A program made the translations under genes and the position numbers. Positions 50,301-62,521 of a stretch of 64,000 nucleotides of DNA are shown here, piece by piece (the first letter of the stretch is position 1; the number at the start of each line of letters is the position of its first letter). The notes under the pieces are model-generated. The model did not search any database, was not told the DNA's origin, and saw only the letters and a list, made by a program, of their open reading frames with translations. Origin of the DNA: Bigelowiella natans CCMP2755 (Eukaryota > Protista > Cercozoa); the NCBI GenBank assembly GCA_000320545.1, contig ADNK01003147.1, positions 1 to 64,000 on the forward strand. The letters run 5' to 3'.

Positions 50301-50526
50301 ACGAAAGTTAAATTAACACAAAATATTGGATGTAGATAATTCATGCAAATATTCATATTGAGTATTCGTGGGAAAGAGATATTACAAGAACACTCTTGCA
50401 CATGTAGAGTATTATAAAACTTTGACGTTTCATAACCGCTGGTTAAATTCACCTTTGTTAGCGCCATAGGCTGGTCCCATTCCATGAAAAAAAATGACAT
50501 TGTTCCCTGCATGATTAATGCATGTG

Positions 50527-50574
<48 letters not shown>

Positions 50575-50919
50575 TCTCTAGGCTTGCAAAACAACATAGA
50601 TAACACCGATAAATATCATATAATATCATATACATATATTATTAGTGTATAATATGTTTGTGTGTGTGTGTGCAAAATAAAGAGAAGGCGTGGGAAGCAG
50701 ACTAGGAGAAGGGAGGCACAGAGAGAACATTTATTTTGGTAAAAAAAGAGAACTACAGGTACTTATAAGAAGAAAGGCAAAAAAAAATTCTATGTATACC
50801 ATATAAGGAAGAGAAGAAGAGGCTTAAAAATACACATACCGCTCTCCGTAGATACAATCATGGGATAATTGTTGTTGAAATCGGTGAATTTAACCTCCAG
50901 TTCGAGTGTAAACTAGATG

Positions 50920-50963
<44 letters not shown>

Positions 50964-51195
50964 ATTTACGAGGGTCTGTTCGCACGCGCGGGTGTACAAA
51001 TGTACACAGGAAGAGAGTGTTTTCATTTTTCAATCGAAACACTAAAAAACACACATCAAGTAGTTGTATTTTGGGAATAGTAGCGGGTAAACTTACATCG
51101 ACAAGGTTTTCTATTTTAGGGTATTTCGAGTTCCTTGAAATGCTCTGTGCCTCGAGAGGCAAGGCCAAAAGAAACGCTAGAATCCACCGAGCCAT
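42582..51195 (-). CDS. Large secreted modular Cys/Trp-rich protein with internally repeated domains and a fibrinogen-C-like segment (multi-exon)
   Basis: Signal peptide MARWILAFLLALPLEA. Long exons 48085-49662 and 44194-45528. Repeated module ..G[KE][IL]xFxF..GGGH..S.IG[LI][ED] x3. CANEGGTC..CTSGEFGNPAPGITKEC module. YAIFDQLE..WYQTSNP..WGGL..WWYSFG segment. C-terminal repeats TFTxA[DE]CGGxLP x3, ending DYICFEDS*. Confidence 0.7.
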
Positions 51196-52144
51196 GATGA
51201 TCTCTAATGAGAAGAAGTCGCGAGAGATGCAATCAGCAGAACAATTTTGTCACATTTCATTTGTATGGGTTGAGCCGCAGCTTGTATACCTCTCCGCATC
51301 CTTCTTTAGTGCATGCCAAAGAACGCGACTTTCTTATAGGTCCCAGTCAGGGGCATTCGAGGTGGAATGGAGATCAAGCCCGCATGGACTCCACCTTCGT
51401 GGAGCCGGTGATATCGAGATTTTATAAATGCGACTTAATACAATCTTTGTCGCTTATCAATATTGTCCAGTATTTCTCATAAATGAGACACCTGCATGAC
51501 GAAGTGACATTGGAATTCAGATTCAAAACTTCGTTTGGAAGCTCGGAGGATCGTTCTTATTATGTACTTACGACACAATCTGAATGATCTCAGAATGATA
51601 ATATACCATGTTTTTGCATGTATTTCTTTATATGATGTACTCTCAAAATTAGTATTAAAGCTGAATTATTCCAACATTGGGGATGAGGGATGCGAGCACC
51701 AGTAACGGCTTGCTTAATACCGCGTAAATACCGTCGTAATTCACGCGTTTTGCGCAAAATCGGTCAAAAAAACATGGATTGATCTAGATCTAGACCTAGT
51801 TTAGAGTGTGACAGGCCTTATTAGATCTATCGCAGAAATCGTTTTCGGGCATGCAGTGTAACGAGACATCACTTTTCGGCCATCGTCAGTTAGATCTACA
51901 CACCTATCTAAATGCGCAAGCAGGGAGAATGCGAAAAATATTTTCAAGGAGGGCGTTAGACAGGAGGAGGAAGAGGACAGCCTTCTACGATATATCTAAC
52001 CGCAAATATCATGTCGCAATTGTGTAATTGCCGGCATTACATAATTTCAAAAACATCTCCAAACATCTCCCTAAGAATCTACAGGCCTGGACCACTTCTC
52101 GAGACTTCCCTGCGCAACAACCATCGTGGTCATCTAACTAGACA

Positions 52145-53307
52145 ATGGAGTTCATCAAAAAGAATCTTGTCCTGCAATATCCCAAGACAAAACAGGGTAG
52201 ATCTAAATCATACGTTTTGGTTTGAGGCGCATTTCTCATCAATGAATTGCTACAGGTAAGCAAGAATACATCGGTTACTACTTCATCCTTGCAGTTGTCT
52301 TCGGCCTGCTGATAGCCTTCTACTCCGTCCAAGAGGTCACTATCACAGAACAGAGTTCCACAGATGGAGATGGATGCACAGCGAACGATGTTACTTTTAA
52401 TTCAGTCCTCGGCAGTGTTCAAAATCTTCCTTATAACGACGGGGACTGCTACAATAGTATCTACAAAGTAGTCAACGAGTCAATATATATGAACTTCCTT
52501 CACCAATGCTTTTATGATCCTACCGATAGCACCAGCCCTTATACACATACTTCAACGTGGGAAGCTTCATACTACAATGGTGCAACGGTTACTGTCATGA
52601 CCAAAGTGGGTTTCACCGCCGCGACCCAGATATCACAGACGGATCAGCAAGAATACGCTCGCTGCTACCAAGCCACACCTCCTGGGATAATTGATTACGA
52701 GGACAACATCTGCTGCACTGGCACTTCAAGTCCAGGGTACTGTCTTCCTACATATACAGGAACAAGCTGGAACCTAGCTAATTGTCCGAGCACTGAAACA
52801 GTAAGTAACAAAAGCTGAAGTAAAACTTTTGAAAATAAGCAGTTGATGAATACAATGTGTGAGAGTGTGAGAGACTTGTGCTTCGGTTTCTGGCTGCGCC
52901 AGCAGATGATTTTAGAACGATGAGTGCCTACCGAGAAATTGACTGATTTGAATCTGTGTCAGATTAAGCCTGGACAACTTCTAAAAAATTCTCCGGACGG
53001 AATATTTAGTCTACTCACTGACGCTGAGAAAGATACTATTATCTCTCAATATGCCGTATCTTTTGATAATACTGTAAAAGGAATGTGCAGATTTGCTCCT
53101 CAAAGTGTAACCTACACGTGTGATAGGAAGATCAAACAGTCACCGATATCGATTTTAGTCACCTGCATTACTCTCTGGACTAGCATTGCTGCTTATGTTC
53201 TGTCCGCTTTTTCTATGTACTATGGCCCTGACCCTGAAGAAGACGCGAGTAGCCCAGTCGTGAGTGCTGCTGTCGAGCTCAAATCGTCTTCGACAAAGCC
53301 TGTGTGA
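52145..53307 (+). CDS. Two-TM protein with Cys-rich ectodomain (3 exons), function unknown
   Basis: MEFIKKNLVLQYPKTKQG / KQEYIGYYFILAVVFGLLIAFYSV (TM1)..Cys-rich loop..CPSTET / IKPG..ISILVTCITLWTSIAAYVLSAFSMYY (TM2). In-phase introns at ~52197-52255 and 52801-52962. Confidence 0.7.
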
Positions 53308-54243
53308 TGGTCTCAGATTCTTAAAAAACAGCGATCACAACCAAAGTAATCAGCATGGTCTCTGGCCCAGCAAGATTGTAAGACATCTGTGCATTTGTTT
53401 TTCAGCATGACATGTCTTCAGTGTGCACTTCATGTCTTCATTTTCACACAGATTCCCAAAACAACATTGCACATGCGCACCGCCTGTCTGTGACACACAT
53501 GCGCTAAAAGAAGTGACTGCTATGCCAGCAAAGGCAGGCAGTGCTGTGGAATCGAATGGTCCGTGCATGCATGAACAGATCCGCACTTGCTTAGTTTTTG
53601 GTCGGCGCTGCATGTGCCGGCAAATTATTAGAAGCTTGCTTCACAGTGTCATGCATTTGGATGAATGCTAGAATGCGTGACGCACTTATTCGTCCGCAGG
53701 CGGCCAGACCAAATGCCTGATCGACAGCGCAGTGTCGCAGGCGCCCCGCCAATGTGTGCACACGTACGGCATGCCACATGCGCATCGCATGTCAAATTGA
53801 GCACCAAAGCAGGCCAACAAGTTGATGTGCTACGCACAGCTGTCATCATGGGATACGAAACATTCGACATGCGCGCAAGTGCGTGCATGCGTGCGCACAT
53901 CAATTGTGTGCCGCGAATGCACCACGTGCAGCATCACAATGACACTGTGACTGCTCGCATCGCGCAGTCGCGATCATGAGCAATGAGCACCACTGGCCGT
54001 GCATCACATCTAGCTAGGCTAGTTAGCCATGCCAACATGCCACACCAGCATTCGTGCGTTCTCACGCGATTTTTACTCATTGTTAGCGGCACGCTGACCA
54101 ATCAGTCTCCATTGAATTCTTTCTTGTTCTGTGCTCCTTGGCACGTTTTTTTTCTCTTTCCTGTTATCTCAATTTTCTCTCTCTCCATCACGTTGCCAAT
54201 TCTTTCTTCCTTGTTCCTCACGTCTCTCTGCCTCTCTTTCTTC

Positions 54244-54279
<36 letters not shown>

Positions 54280-54619
54280 TCTTTCTCCGCCCCCCCCTTC
54301 CTTTTCCAACGTGCATTTCCTGATTTCTGGAACGGAGACGAGCGAGTTGTTTTGTCCACAGTTGCTCAATGGCACCAAACGTCAGAACCATCAGAGGTGA
54401 ATTTGGTCTGTGAACTCTGCCTTTTTTTGGGGTCAACAACACGGTGTTCTTTTTTGTTCATGCATCAGGTCATGACAGACACAGCAATGCTAGACACAGC
54501 AATGCACTACATGTATAACATGTGTTGTGTATTGCGTGCCTATCATGGTTGTTGTTCCTCAGCTGACCTCAGCTCACCTCCGACTTCCAGCAGCTTTCGT
54601 TTCAGACATGCTTGACAAC

Positions 54620-54950
54620 ATCCACCAGTTCTCCATGCGTGCCAGCACCAAGGACTCACAAGGTGCAATTGCAGATGCATGATGATCAACCGACACCCAA
54701 ACAAGGAGGCCAAGGCACACATTGTCTCCCAGTTCATGCTGTCGGGGACACCAATGTGACGTTCACAGTGCGCACCTCCGATGAGCCTGTGAGAGCAATT
54801 GTTTTTGGCGGTTCGGAGCGACTGGTGTCACTCTCCGCAGGACCCAACATTGCTTTTGAAGGAGGAGAATCGGTCGATCCAGCGCATGTTTCTTCCCGGT
54901 CATCGTTCAACTGGTCGCTCACTGACGTTGTTGCCAACGGAAACTGGGAA
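54620..54950 (+). pseudogene. Isolated hypermutated REJ-domain exon fragment (paralogous to the polycystin-like gene)
   Basis: VGDTNVTFTVRTSDEPVRAIVFGGSERLVSL..FEGGESVDP..FNWSL aligns by eye with IGNVTLSFNVSVALEPVIARIYGGDFRKVSI..FDASASYD..FSWSV at ~9890-10085. No other exons recognised nearby; region is TpA-free. Confidence 0.7.
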
Positions 54951-55439
54951 ACGCTCTTCCGCCACGGGCCATCAGCAGCACAGCAGCACGTGCGCAGCAG
55001 CCCTCGTTTCCACCGACATTCTCACAGCCAACAAAACGTGCTTGCCAGAGCTCGTTGCGACCAGCAACGCCTCCAGATGGACAGATCGGGCAGGACACAG
55101 CAGATGATTCGCACTGCAGACGTGTCTCATCACGCAGATGACCGGTCTCTGCCACAACGTCCATGTTGAAGAAATGGGGGATGTGAAGACTGCGCACGAC
55201 AACTGCAATTTGGGATTGGATTTGAACGGCAATTCTTGAGTAAAACGGCCTACATTCATGGATTTATTCGAACAAATATTGCGAATTTTATGACACAAAC
55301 GCCCATAGATGGCTGACACGCATCCCTCTCCTAACACGAATCTGAAACAACACACGCCGCCCCCCCCGATAACCCTCTCTCCAACAAGCACTACCTGCAC
55401 ATAAAAATAAAACCAAACGATACAGCGGTTTTCAGATTA

Positions 55440-56295
55440 ATGGACGCAAAAGAACATTCATTAATCGCTACAGAAACCAGTGGTAAGCATGGAAAGAAGT
55501 AGTATTTAGGAATACAACTTCGCTCGTTCGACTATTCGTACGTCTTTCATTAACGCGCCCCAGCAACTCATGTTTGTCTTCTATTACTACAGGCGACGAC
55601 TATTTCTATCCGTCAGCGAAAAGCTTGCGAAATCCGAAAAAACAAGGTGATACTACTATCATAAAGCCATTGCATTCGTGTGCGAATATGAAGATTATCG
55701 TACTTTAAACATAAACGTGCAGGTTGGCTCATCAAGTACAAGCCTGGCTGCTTCTGCGATGTCTGGAAAAGACGATGGTACGTTTCTAGTTTCAACTAAG
55801 TTGGTATTCGTTTTGGATGGGCAGAGCTCCTTATTGTTACGATGATGAAAGACAATCCTTTTGGATTTGCGAAAACATACCTAGAAAGAGGAACTAAAAT
55901 TAGAGGAGTCTTTCACTGCAGCTTCGAATGCTAACGTGTGCGTTGGATATTGCTTCCAAAAAGAGTTCAAATGGTTTGGTTCTTATCGAATTATGGTATC
56001 GTGATTGCCTTTAAATGGTAAATTTAGGGTTGTGCTCCAAGGAGGCTACATCTTCAAATTCGAGCGGGTAGTAGTTGTCATCGTGGTTTTGTAACTCTAT
56101 TAGTCTAGAACAGCCATATGCCATATTTAAATTGAGAGGTACTGCTCTTTGAATGAATCCGTGTGCTTTCCACGGCCTCTCCTCTGTTTGTAGAAAGACT
56201 CTAAGAGGCCTAAGGGGCTGCCCATATCAGTCACCGAGACCAGTGCATCGATAGAGCGAAACACTTCCGACACTGATCAATACGTAATTAAATTA

Positions 56296-56367
<72 letters not shown>

Positions 56368-56537
56368 TATGTCTGTGTGTGTGTGTGTGTGCGTGTGCGT
56401 GTGCGTGTATATGTTTCTGAAATGTTGGTGTTCTATTTGAAGAATTTCCTCGGTCAAGATGATACATTCGCAATGTTTCCTATTTTTCATTTAGCAATAG
56501 GGTTTCATCACGGTGTTTTACGGTAATTATGTATTTT

Positions 56538-56599
<62 letters not shown>

Positions 56600-56890
56600 A
56601 TTTCAGGGGAAAGTCCTATGTATATCAAGCATTTCAAAGAAGCAAGTGTTTGCTACAGATGATGGTGGGTGCGTGTGTATAACTCATGAGACTGTCATTT
56701 TGAATATTGGAGATTTATCGGTTATCACTGTGGTACAATGGGGTTTGCCGCTACCACAAAACTATAGCAAGCTCTGTACTATGGCGCATACGACTGTGTT
56801 CAAATATTAACTAGTCTTCATAAACTTAAGCATTGATTATAACAACTTATTAGTGTGGAAGGCACAAATTATAAATATATATTATATATA

Positions 56891-56924
<34 letters not shown>

Positions 56925-57957
56925 GTGTGTGTGTGTGTGTGTTTGTGTGTGTGAGTGTAAATATTATGTTATATACTGTATTTTTATATAAATGTGTGTT
57001 ATTTGTGTATTAAAAACAATGAATTTAAGTAAAAACAATATTCTTAATATAGATGTTATACATTGTATCATAAAAATTTTATAATCTTATCGAAAGAGAT
57101 TTATAGTTTCGTATTTAATATACAAAGAAAGATACCATATGTACTTATCTGGCATATCTTTGCATTCGTAGTGGCCTTCTCTAAATCGAGTACTTTTGGT
57201 AGAATTGTATGGAGGTTTTTTTACACTTTCACGTCTTATTTTTACACACAGACGAAGAGCTGTACGAATGGATTGAAGCTATTCAGGTAATTCAACACGC
57301 ATACATATGCATATATAAATATATATTTATTTATTTATATTATATTTATATATATCATAATTGATATTTACAACGTGTGGAACTTTAAAGAGAATTTGCC
57401 GATATATTGTCATAACATGTACGTCGTTTTGGTTGTTTGCCATTGTAGAAGGCGAAGAATGATACAATAAAACAAAGGTGGGTATTTGTCTACTATCTGT
57501 AAGAATCTTGATATACGACGGATGCTGATTTCCTGAAAATGTAACAATAATTTACTTTTACATAAGCGCCGCATAAAGGTATTTGTTTTCAGAAGTCTAC
57601 GTGTTTGTTAATTAGTATTTTCGGTTGTGTTGTGTAGATTAGGGCACATGGAAATAGGGAGTGAAGATGCTTACGCACACCGAGCCGGTTTGCCGTCAGC
57701 AACAATTAGAACTTATGAAAAATAATGAGTTGTGTTTGTTTGTTTGATTCGATGCGTGCCATCCACACGTCTCCATAACTTTAGTGATTTGTTCGTTTTC
57801 GCATGGTATATAATTAGATGCTTCACTAACGTATCTACTGAATGATATATTTGGTATTTTAGGAGCTAGATTAGAAAAATTCAAAGCGCGAATAGAAGGG
57901 CGCGATGCAGCCCTCAATCAAGGACGCTTTGGAGTGGCAGACACGCCTTTTGGATGA
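55440..57957 (+). CDS. Small PH-domain protein (~180 aa, ~10 short exons; absent from the ORF track)
   Basis: Spliced by eye with consistent phases: MDAKEHSLIATETS/GDDYFYPSAKSLRNPKKQ/GWLIKYKPGCFCDVWKRR/WVVLQGGYIFKFER/KDSKRPKGLPISV..DQY/GKVLCISSISKKQVFATDD/DEELYEWIEAIQ/KAKNDTIKQ/RLGHMEIG../GARLEKFK..PFG*. GWLxK..WKRRW and WIEAI are canonical PH motifs. Confidence 0.85.
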
Positions 57958-58775
57958 ACGGCTGTTTCATGGGCCGAACAGTATATTGTGTATAATCATT
58001 GAATTTACAAGCAATGAACCTTACTTATCAATGAGTTTTTAGCAAGCGTAGAATCAACATTCATTCATCACGTTGTCAAACATGATGATAAAGCCAGTTA
58101 GCATATGCTGCGCAGAACAAAAGCAAATCGAGTTTGTTCGCTATCGGTACCGCAAGACAGCTGGGAGCAGTAGCACGATGAGGTGACTGCGATGCCTCTC
58201 AAAAAGAAGATTTTCGTGCTGGTAAAACCGTAGATATTTATTGCCTGATCGATGTTGAGCATGCTATATATTGCATGCAACAGCTACATTGCCGCAGACA
58301 CCTGCTTTACTGCAACATGAGTGTTTAGACTGCAGGCCACACAACATGTACAACATATGCTAGCATCAGCAGCCTTTGTGTATATGCATTAACACTTTTG
58401 CTCTAATATGATATTCACATACATATTTATCATTATTGCTGCGTGTCCATGCACGATCGACACAACGAGGCTTTACTAGCGTAGCTGAAGGCACGCGGGC
58501 GCTTCACATTGTCACGCCTCAAACATTGTGTAGTGCACACTATATGTTAAAAGGATGATCATGCCTGCTGAACTTAATTCCCTTGTTGCAGATTCTCATG
58601 AAAGTCACCTTGTCTCAACAAAATGTGGCCCACAGAATCATCACAAAGGTGTACACACACGTCTTCAGTCAGGATCCGCAGCCAGGAGTTATTTTTTCCA
58701 ACATAGAATTATCGAAGTTCTAAGGAAAAATTGCTCTGGTTGCCATCAGATGAAGTAATTGAAGCAACATTCTTC

Positions 58776-59920
58776 TCACATACATCCCTCAGGTTGCATT
58801 AATGCACAGTATGCGCTTTGACTTGCTGGGACAATGCTGACGTTGTTGTTGAAAAAGTTTGTCGGATCATATTTTTGTTTGATTTTGCAGCGTTTCACAT
58901 AGCTGTCTTTGTGGATCCAACGAGCATGACTTTTACTCCGCCAGTCAAATGCAGCGGCACATATATATCCAGAAAATAAATCTTTGCGGATAGGTTTCCA
59001 CTGCTTTCGTACCCATTCAATGCAGGGAGCTTTAATTTTTTCTTCCATCCACCCGCTCCAGGTTGCCATTAGCCAATTGATTTCGGAGTTACCAGGCCAT
59101 GCCATCTTTGAACATTTTCGTTGGGCTGCTCCACCAAAGTGGTAACATGCTGTTGAAAAAAATGGAACGTCTCCTGCCCCAGGTGGCAAGATGCTCAAAC
59201 ACCTTCCGACCGTTCTCACGAGATACAAACCCCCCGCAATGATAATAACTTGCTTTCCATGGAATACAGAAAAGCTGTTGTAGATTCCAATGCGTAATGC
59301 TGGCCCATGCATCCCCATCTTTATTGTGCTCATTTATTGGTTTTGCACCACAGTCTTTTGCGAGATCACGAAACATTGTCTCCCACTTCTTTGGCGAAGA
59401 AGTATTGATTCCCTTGCTCATACATATATTGAGCCATCCAAAATCCAACACCGGTTACTCCATCGGCAATCATAAAGCAAGGAAGTAAAAATACTGAATC
59501 TGGGAAAGAAGGATCTGGGAAAGAAGGATCTTCGTTGCATTTGCTCACAACGTCCCAAAGTTTTGTTGTATATTTTTATTCGAAGAAGTAGGCGCCCAAG
59601 CGAACCTCCTTTCCTTGATCTGGATCAACCATCTCATAATTTTTCTTGGTAATTTCTGTGACAATTCCGAAGCTTGGTGCTGCTCCACGGAGTGCAAAAA
59701 ACAGATCTTGATTCTCTTTCTCGGAGGCAACTTTGATGCTACCATCAGCCAAGGACACGGACCGATCTCAAACATTCTATACCTGACGTAAGATTATATA
59801 AACATCACGAAGGGGTGGTGACGATGAAGGACAGAATTAAATGCAGCAGGGATCACGAACCATTTCCGACAAGACGTTGTAGCCACCCAACCCCGACAGC
59901 GAAATGTGCGCCTACCCTGC
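58776..59920 (-). pseudogene. Berberine-bridge-enzyme-like FAD-linked oxidase, frameshifted and probably 5'-truncated
   Basis: LADGSIKVASEKENQDLFFALRGAAPSFGIVTEI (end of the FAD_binding_4 region) and KIKQKYDPTNFFNNN (BBE C-terminus) are split over four overlapping frames. An 8-bp tandem (GCTCGGAT)n at 59921-59953 interrupts the 5' end. Confidence 0.7.
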
Positions 59921-60248
59921 TGCTCGGATGCTCGGATGCTCGGATGCTCGGATCCAGTGCATACTAAGAATCCATTGTCGCATCAATAAAATGACTTCAA
60001 TTCACGTTAATATCTATATCCTGATAAGAATCGATTGTCGCATGAATAAAATGTCATAAAATCACGGTAATGTGTACATAGCATTTTGGATCTTAAGGCT
60101 GATTTCCACCTTCATGATCACTGCAAGCCCTCCTCCCCCTCTCCAGCAGCCATTATTTCACTCGCATGTACCTGCACTTCACCTAACGCCAAGGATCATT
60201 TGAAAGTTCTAAAGGATAGAATAAAATGAGGCAATTGATTATAGTATA

Positions 60249-62521
60249 TTGGTGTTGTTTCAGGGAGGAGCTGGCCTTTATCCTTGCAAGAAAACAGGCA
60301 TACGAACGATGATGATGACTAACATTTTGGGGTACGCGCAAGACCCCAATAGCGATCATAGGAAGGATCCAATTACGACTAAAGAAATTTTGGACGATGT
60401 TGACGACAGCAACTCCGAAGTACAGAGTTAATTGCTTCTCATCCCATGTTTTAAAGCAAGCGATGACGATGACGATGATGATGATGATGATGATGATGAT
60501 CGTGATACTGCGAAGGTTACTTTGATTACCATGAGCTTTGCCCAATTGGTCCTTCATAGAACTCATATCTGATTACAACATATCTACCACCTTAGAGCTG
60601 GGTCACAAACTCTGCATTCTACACCTCGGTTGCAGGACTTGCTGCTGGCTACTACAAAGTACTCGCCCTCCCCCATCTTCATCAAGCTACTACCAGCACA
60701 TCTGCTCTAGAGATTCCTCTTGGCACTAATTTTGGTTCGTAAGTACTTGTGATAATCAATGAGACAACGATAACGATGCTTGGCGTATTTTGATGATCAT
60801 GTAATTGATTTTATAGCGGATATGTGGATGTGATGATGTGAGTGGGAGCCATATTTTCCGCAGAGTGATTTATATATATTCTTCAATTTGATCATCCTAT
60901 AGGTATCTCAACCCCCCTTATCCTTCAATTTTGCGCAATATTCACTGCTCTTATTGCTACAAACGATCTTCTTCTAAGCCCATTCTTCGATAAAGTTTTG
61001 TCGCAAGATGACCTGAGCAAAGCTAGAAGAGTGATGACGGAAGAAAGTGCTCAGGATGATATCATTGGTGGATTTGGAGGCATATTAGCAAAAGAAATTG
61101 TCATTGCGACAAGCGAGGAGCTTTTTTTCCGAGGTGGTGATGATATTCTTCCGTTGTATGTCAAGTACATCGATGATGATACTATACTTTGATGGCACTG
61201 ATCGTCAAGTTTGGGGGAATTCTATCCTCTAGTGGGAGAAAGAGAGTAAGAGCGCTAATCATTGAGCAATAGATAGAATAAATTGTGTTTATCGTGGTTC
61301 TTGATAATATTATAAACAATATGGAAGATGAGTTGTGTAAACGAATCTGCGACTCTTCTTCTATGTTCATCCCCTTGTACTCGATCATCATCATCATCAT
61401 CAGGAAGTGTGCAAGGTCTACTTCAAGCAGGGCTAGGCTACTTAGCGCTGGTGGGATCAACAACAACAGGAGGCAGTGAGACGATGGCTAAGGCGATGAT
61501 AGATACTCACTATCTATTAGACAGTACTACCCATATTATTTCTCTTCCTGCATTACAGAGGTGATGAGGATGATGATGATGATGATGATTATAAAGATGA
61601 ACTTATCGAGACTAACTAATATTACATTGATTTGAATGATCACCTTATCGAGAGCAACAACCAATATTGCATCGCACGTTACTCATACTCAAGTATTGGA
61701 CAATGCATTTTTTTGGAGGGCACACGCCACTTTAATAGCATTGAAATAAAAACTGAATAAACCATGCTTTTCATTATCCCCAGCATTCTAGGATCCAGTC
61801 TGCTCTTCGCTGCTTTCCATGCGAATGGGTGAGTAATGGTAGATGATGATGGATGGTTTCATTGAGCGTACAATACACGCATTAGTAGAAGGCTAAGCTA
61901 AAGTTAGAGTGCGTGTGCAGCACCAAATTAGGATGAGGAGGATGATGTTCTGATATATTTCTTCTTCTTTTTTCTACTTCACCGCAATTTGCTTTGTCCA
62001 TATCTACAATGGCAGGGGTGCTGTATTTCTCCTGGGAAACCTAGTGTTAGGGCTTTTTCTAGGTACAACTTGCAATTTAGACATAATAGGGGGATGTGTT
62101 AGGGCTTTTTCTAGGTACAACTTGCAATTTAGACATAATAGGGGGATAGAGAACAACATCGCTAGTAATGCCATACTTATTGTGGATTATAAACGTTATT
62201 GAGTTCAAAATAATCGAGAGGAATACAAAGGTTTTTGGTTTTTCACAGCTATTCCACCAAACATTTAACGATAATTATGTATTTTCCTCATAATGCACTA
62301 CACGGCAATGATGCTGCAGCACAACAAATCATCGGTGTTCTCTCTGTGGAGTTTAATTTCAATGTCTCAAATATTATGTTTTTGTGTTTGTTATTCGGTG
62401 GATTATATCTTTATTAGGAGGATCTTTTAGTGGTTCCGGCAATTTGCTCTTACCAATACTATTGCACGCATCTTTTAATATTCGCGCCAAAGCAATGCAA
62501 AGAAATAGTAAAAATAGCTGA
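60249..62521 (+). CDS. CPBP/Abi family (type II CAAX) intramembrane protease, multi-exon; 5' end uncertain
   Basis: Family motifs in order: SEELFFRG (~61110), GSSLLFAAFH (~61790), GNLLLPILLHASFN (~62440). Stop TGA at 62519-62521. Confidence 0.7.
62044..62147. repeat. 52-bp exact tandem duplication spanning a probable splice donor
   Basis: GTGTTAGGGCTTTTTCTAGGTACAACTTGCAATTTAGACATAATAGGGGGAT occurs twice. Confidence 0.9.

Noticed and set aside
53350-54615. Many Cys/His/Met-rich ORFs in the islands (also 35745-36257 and 40832-42574)
   Set aside because: Expected by-products of stop-codon loss; no recognisable domains.
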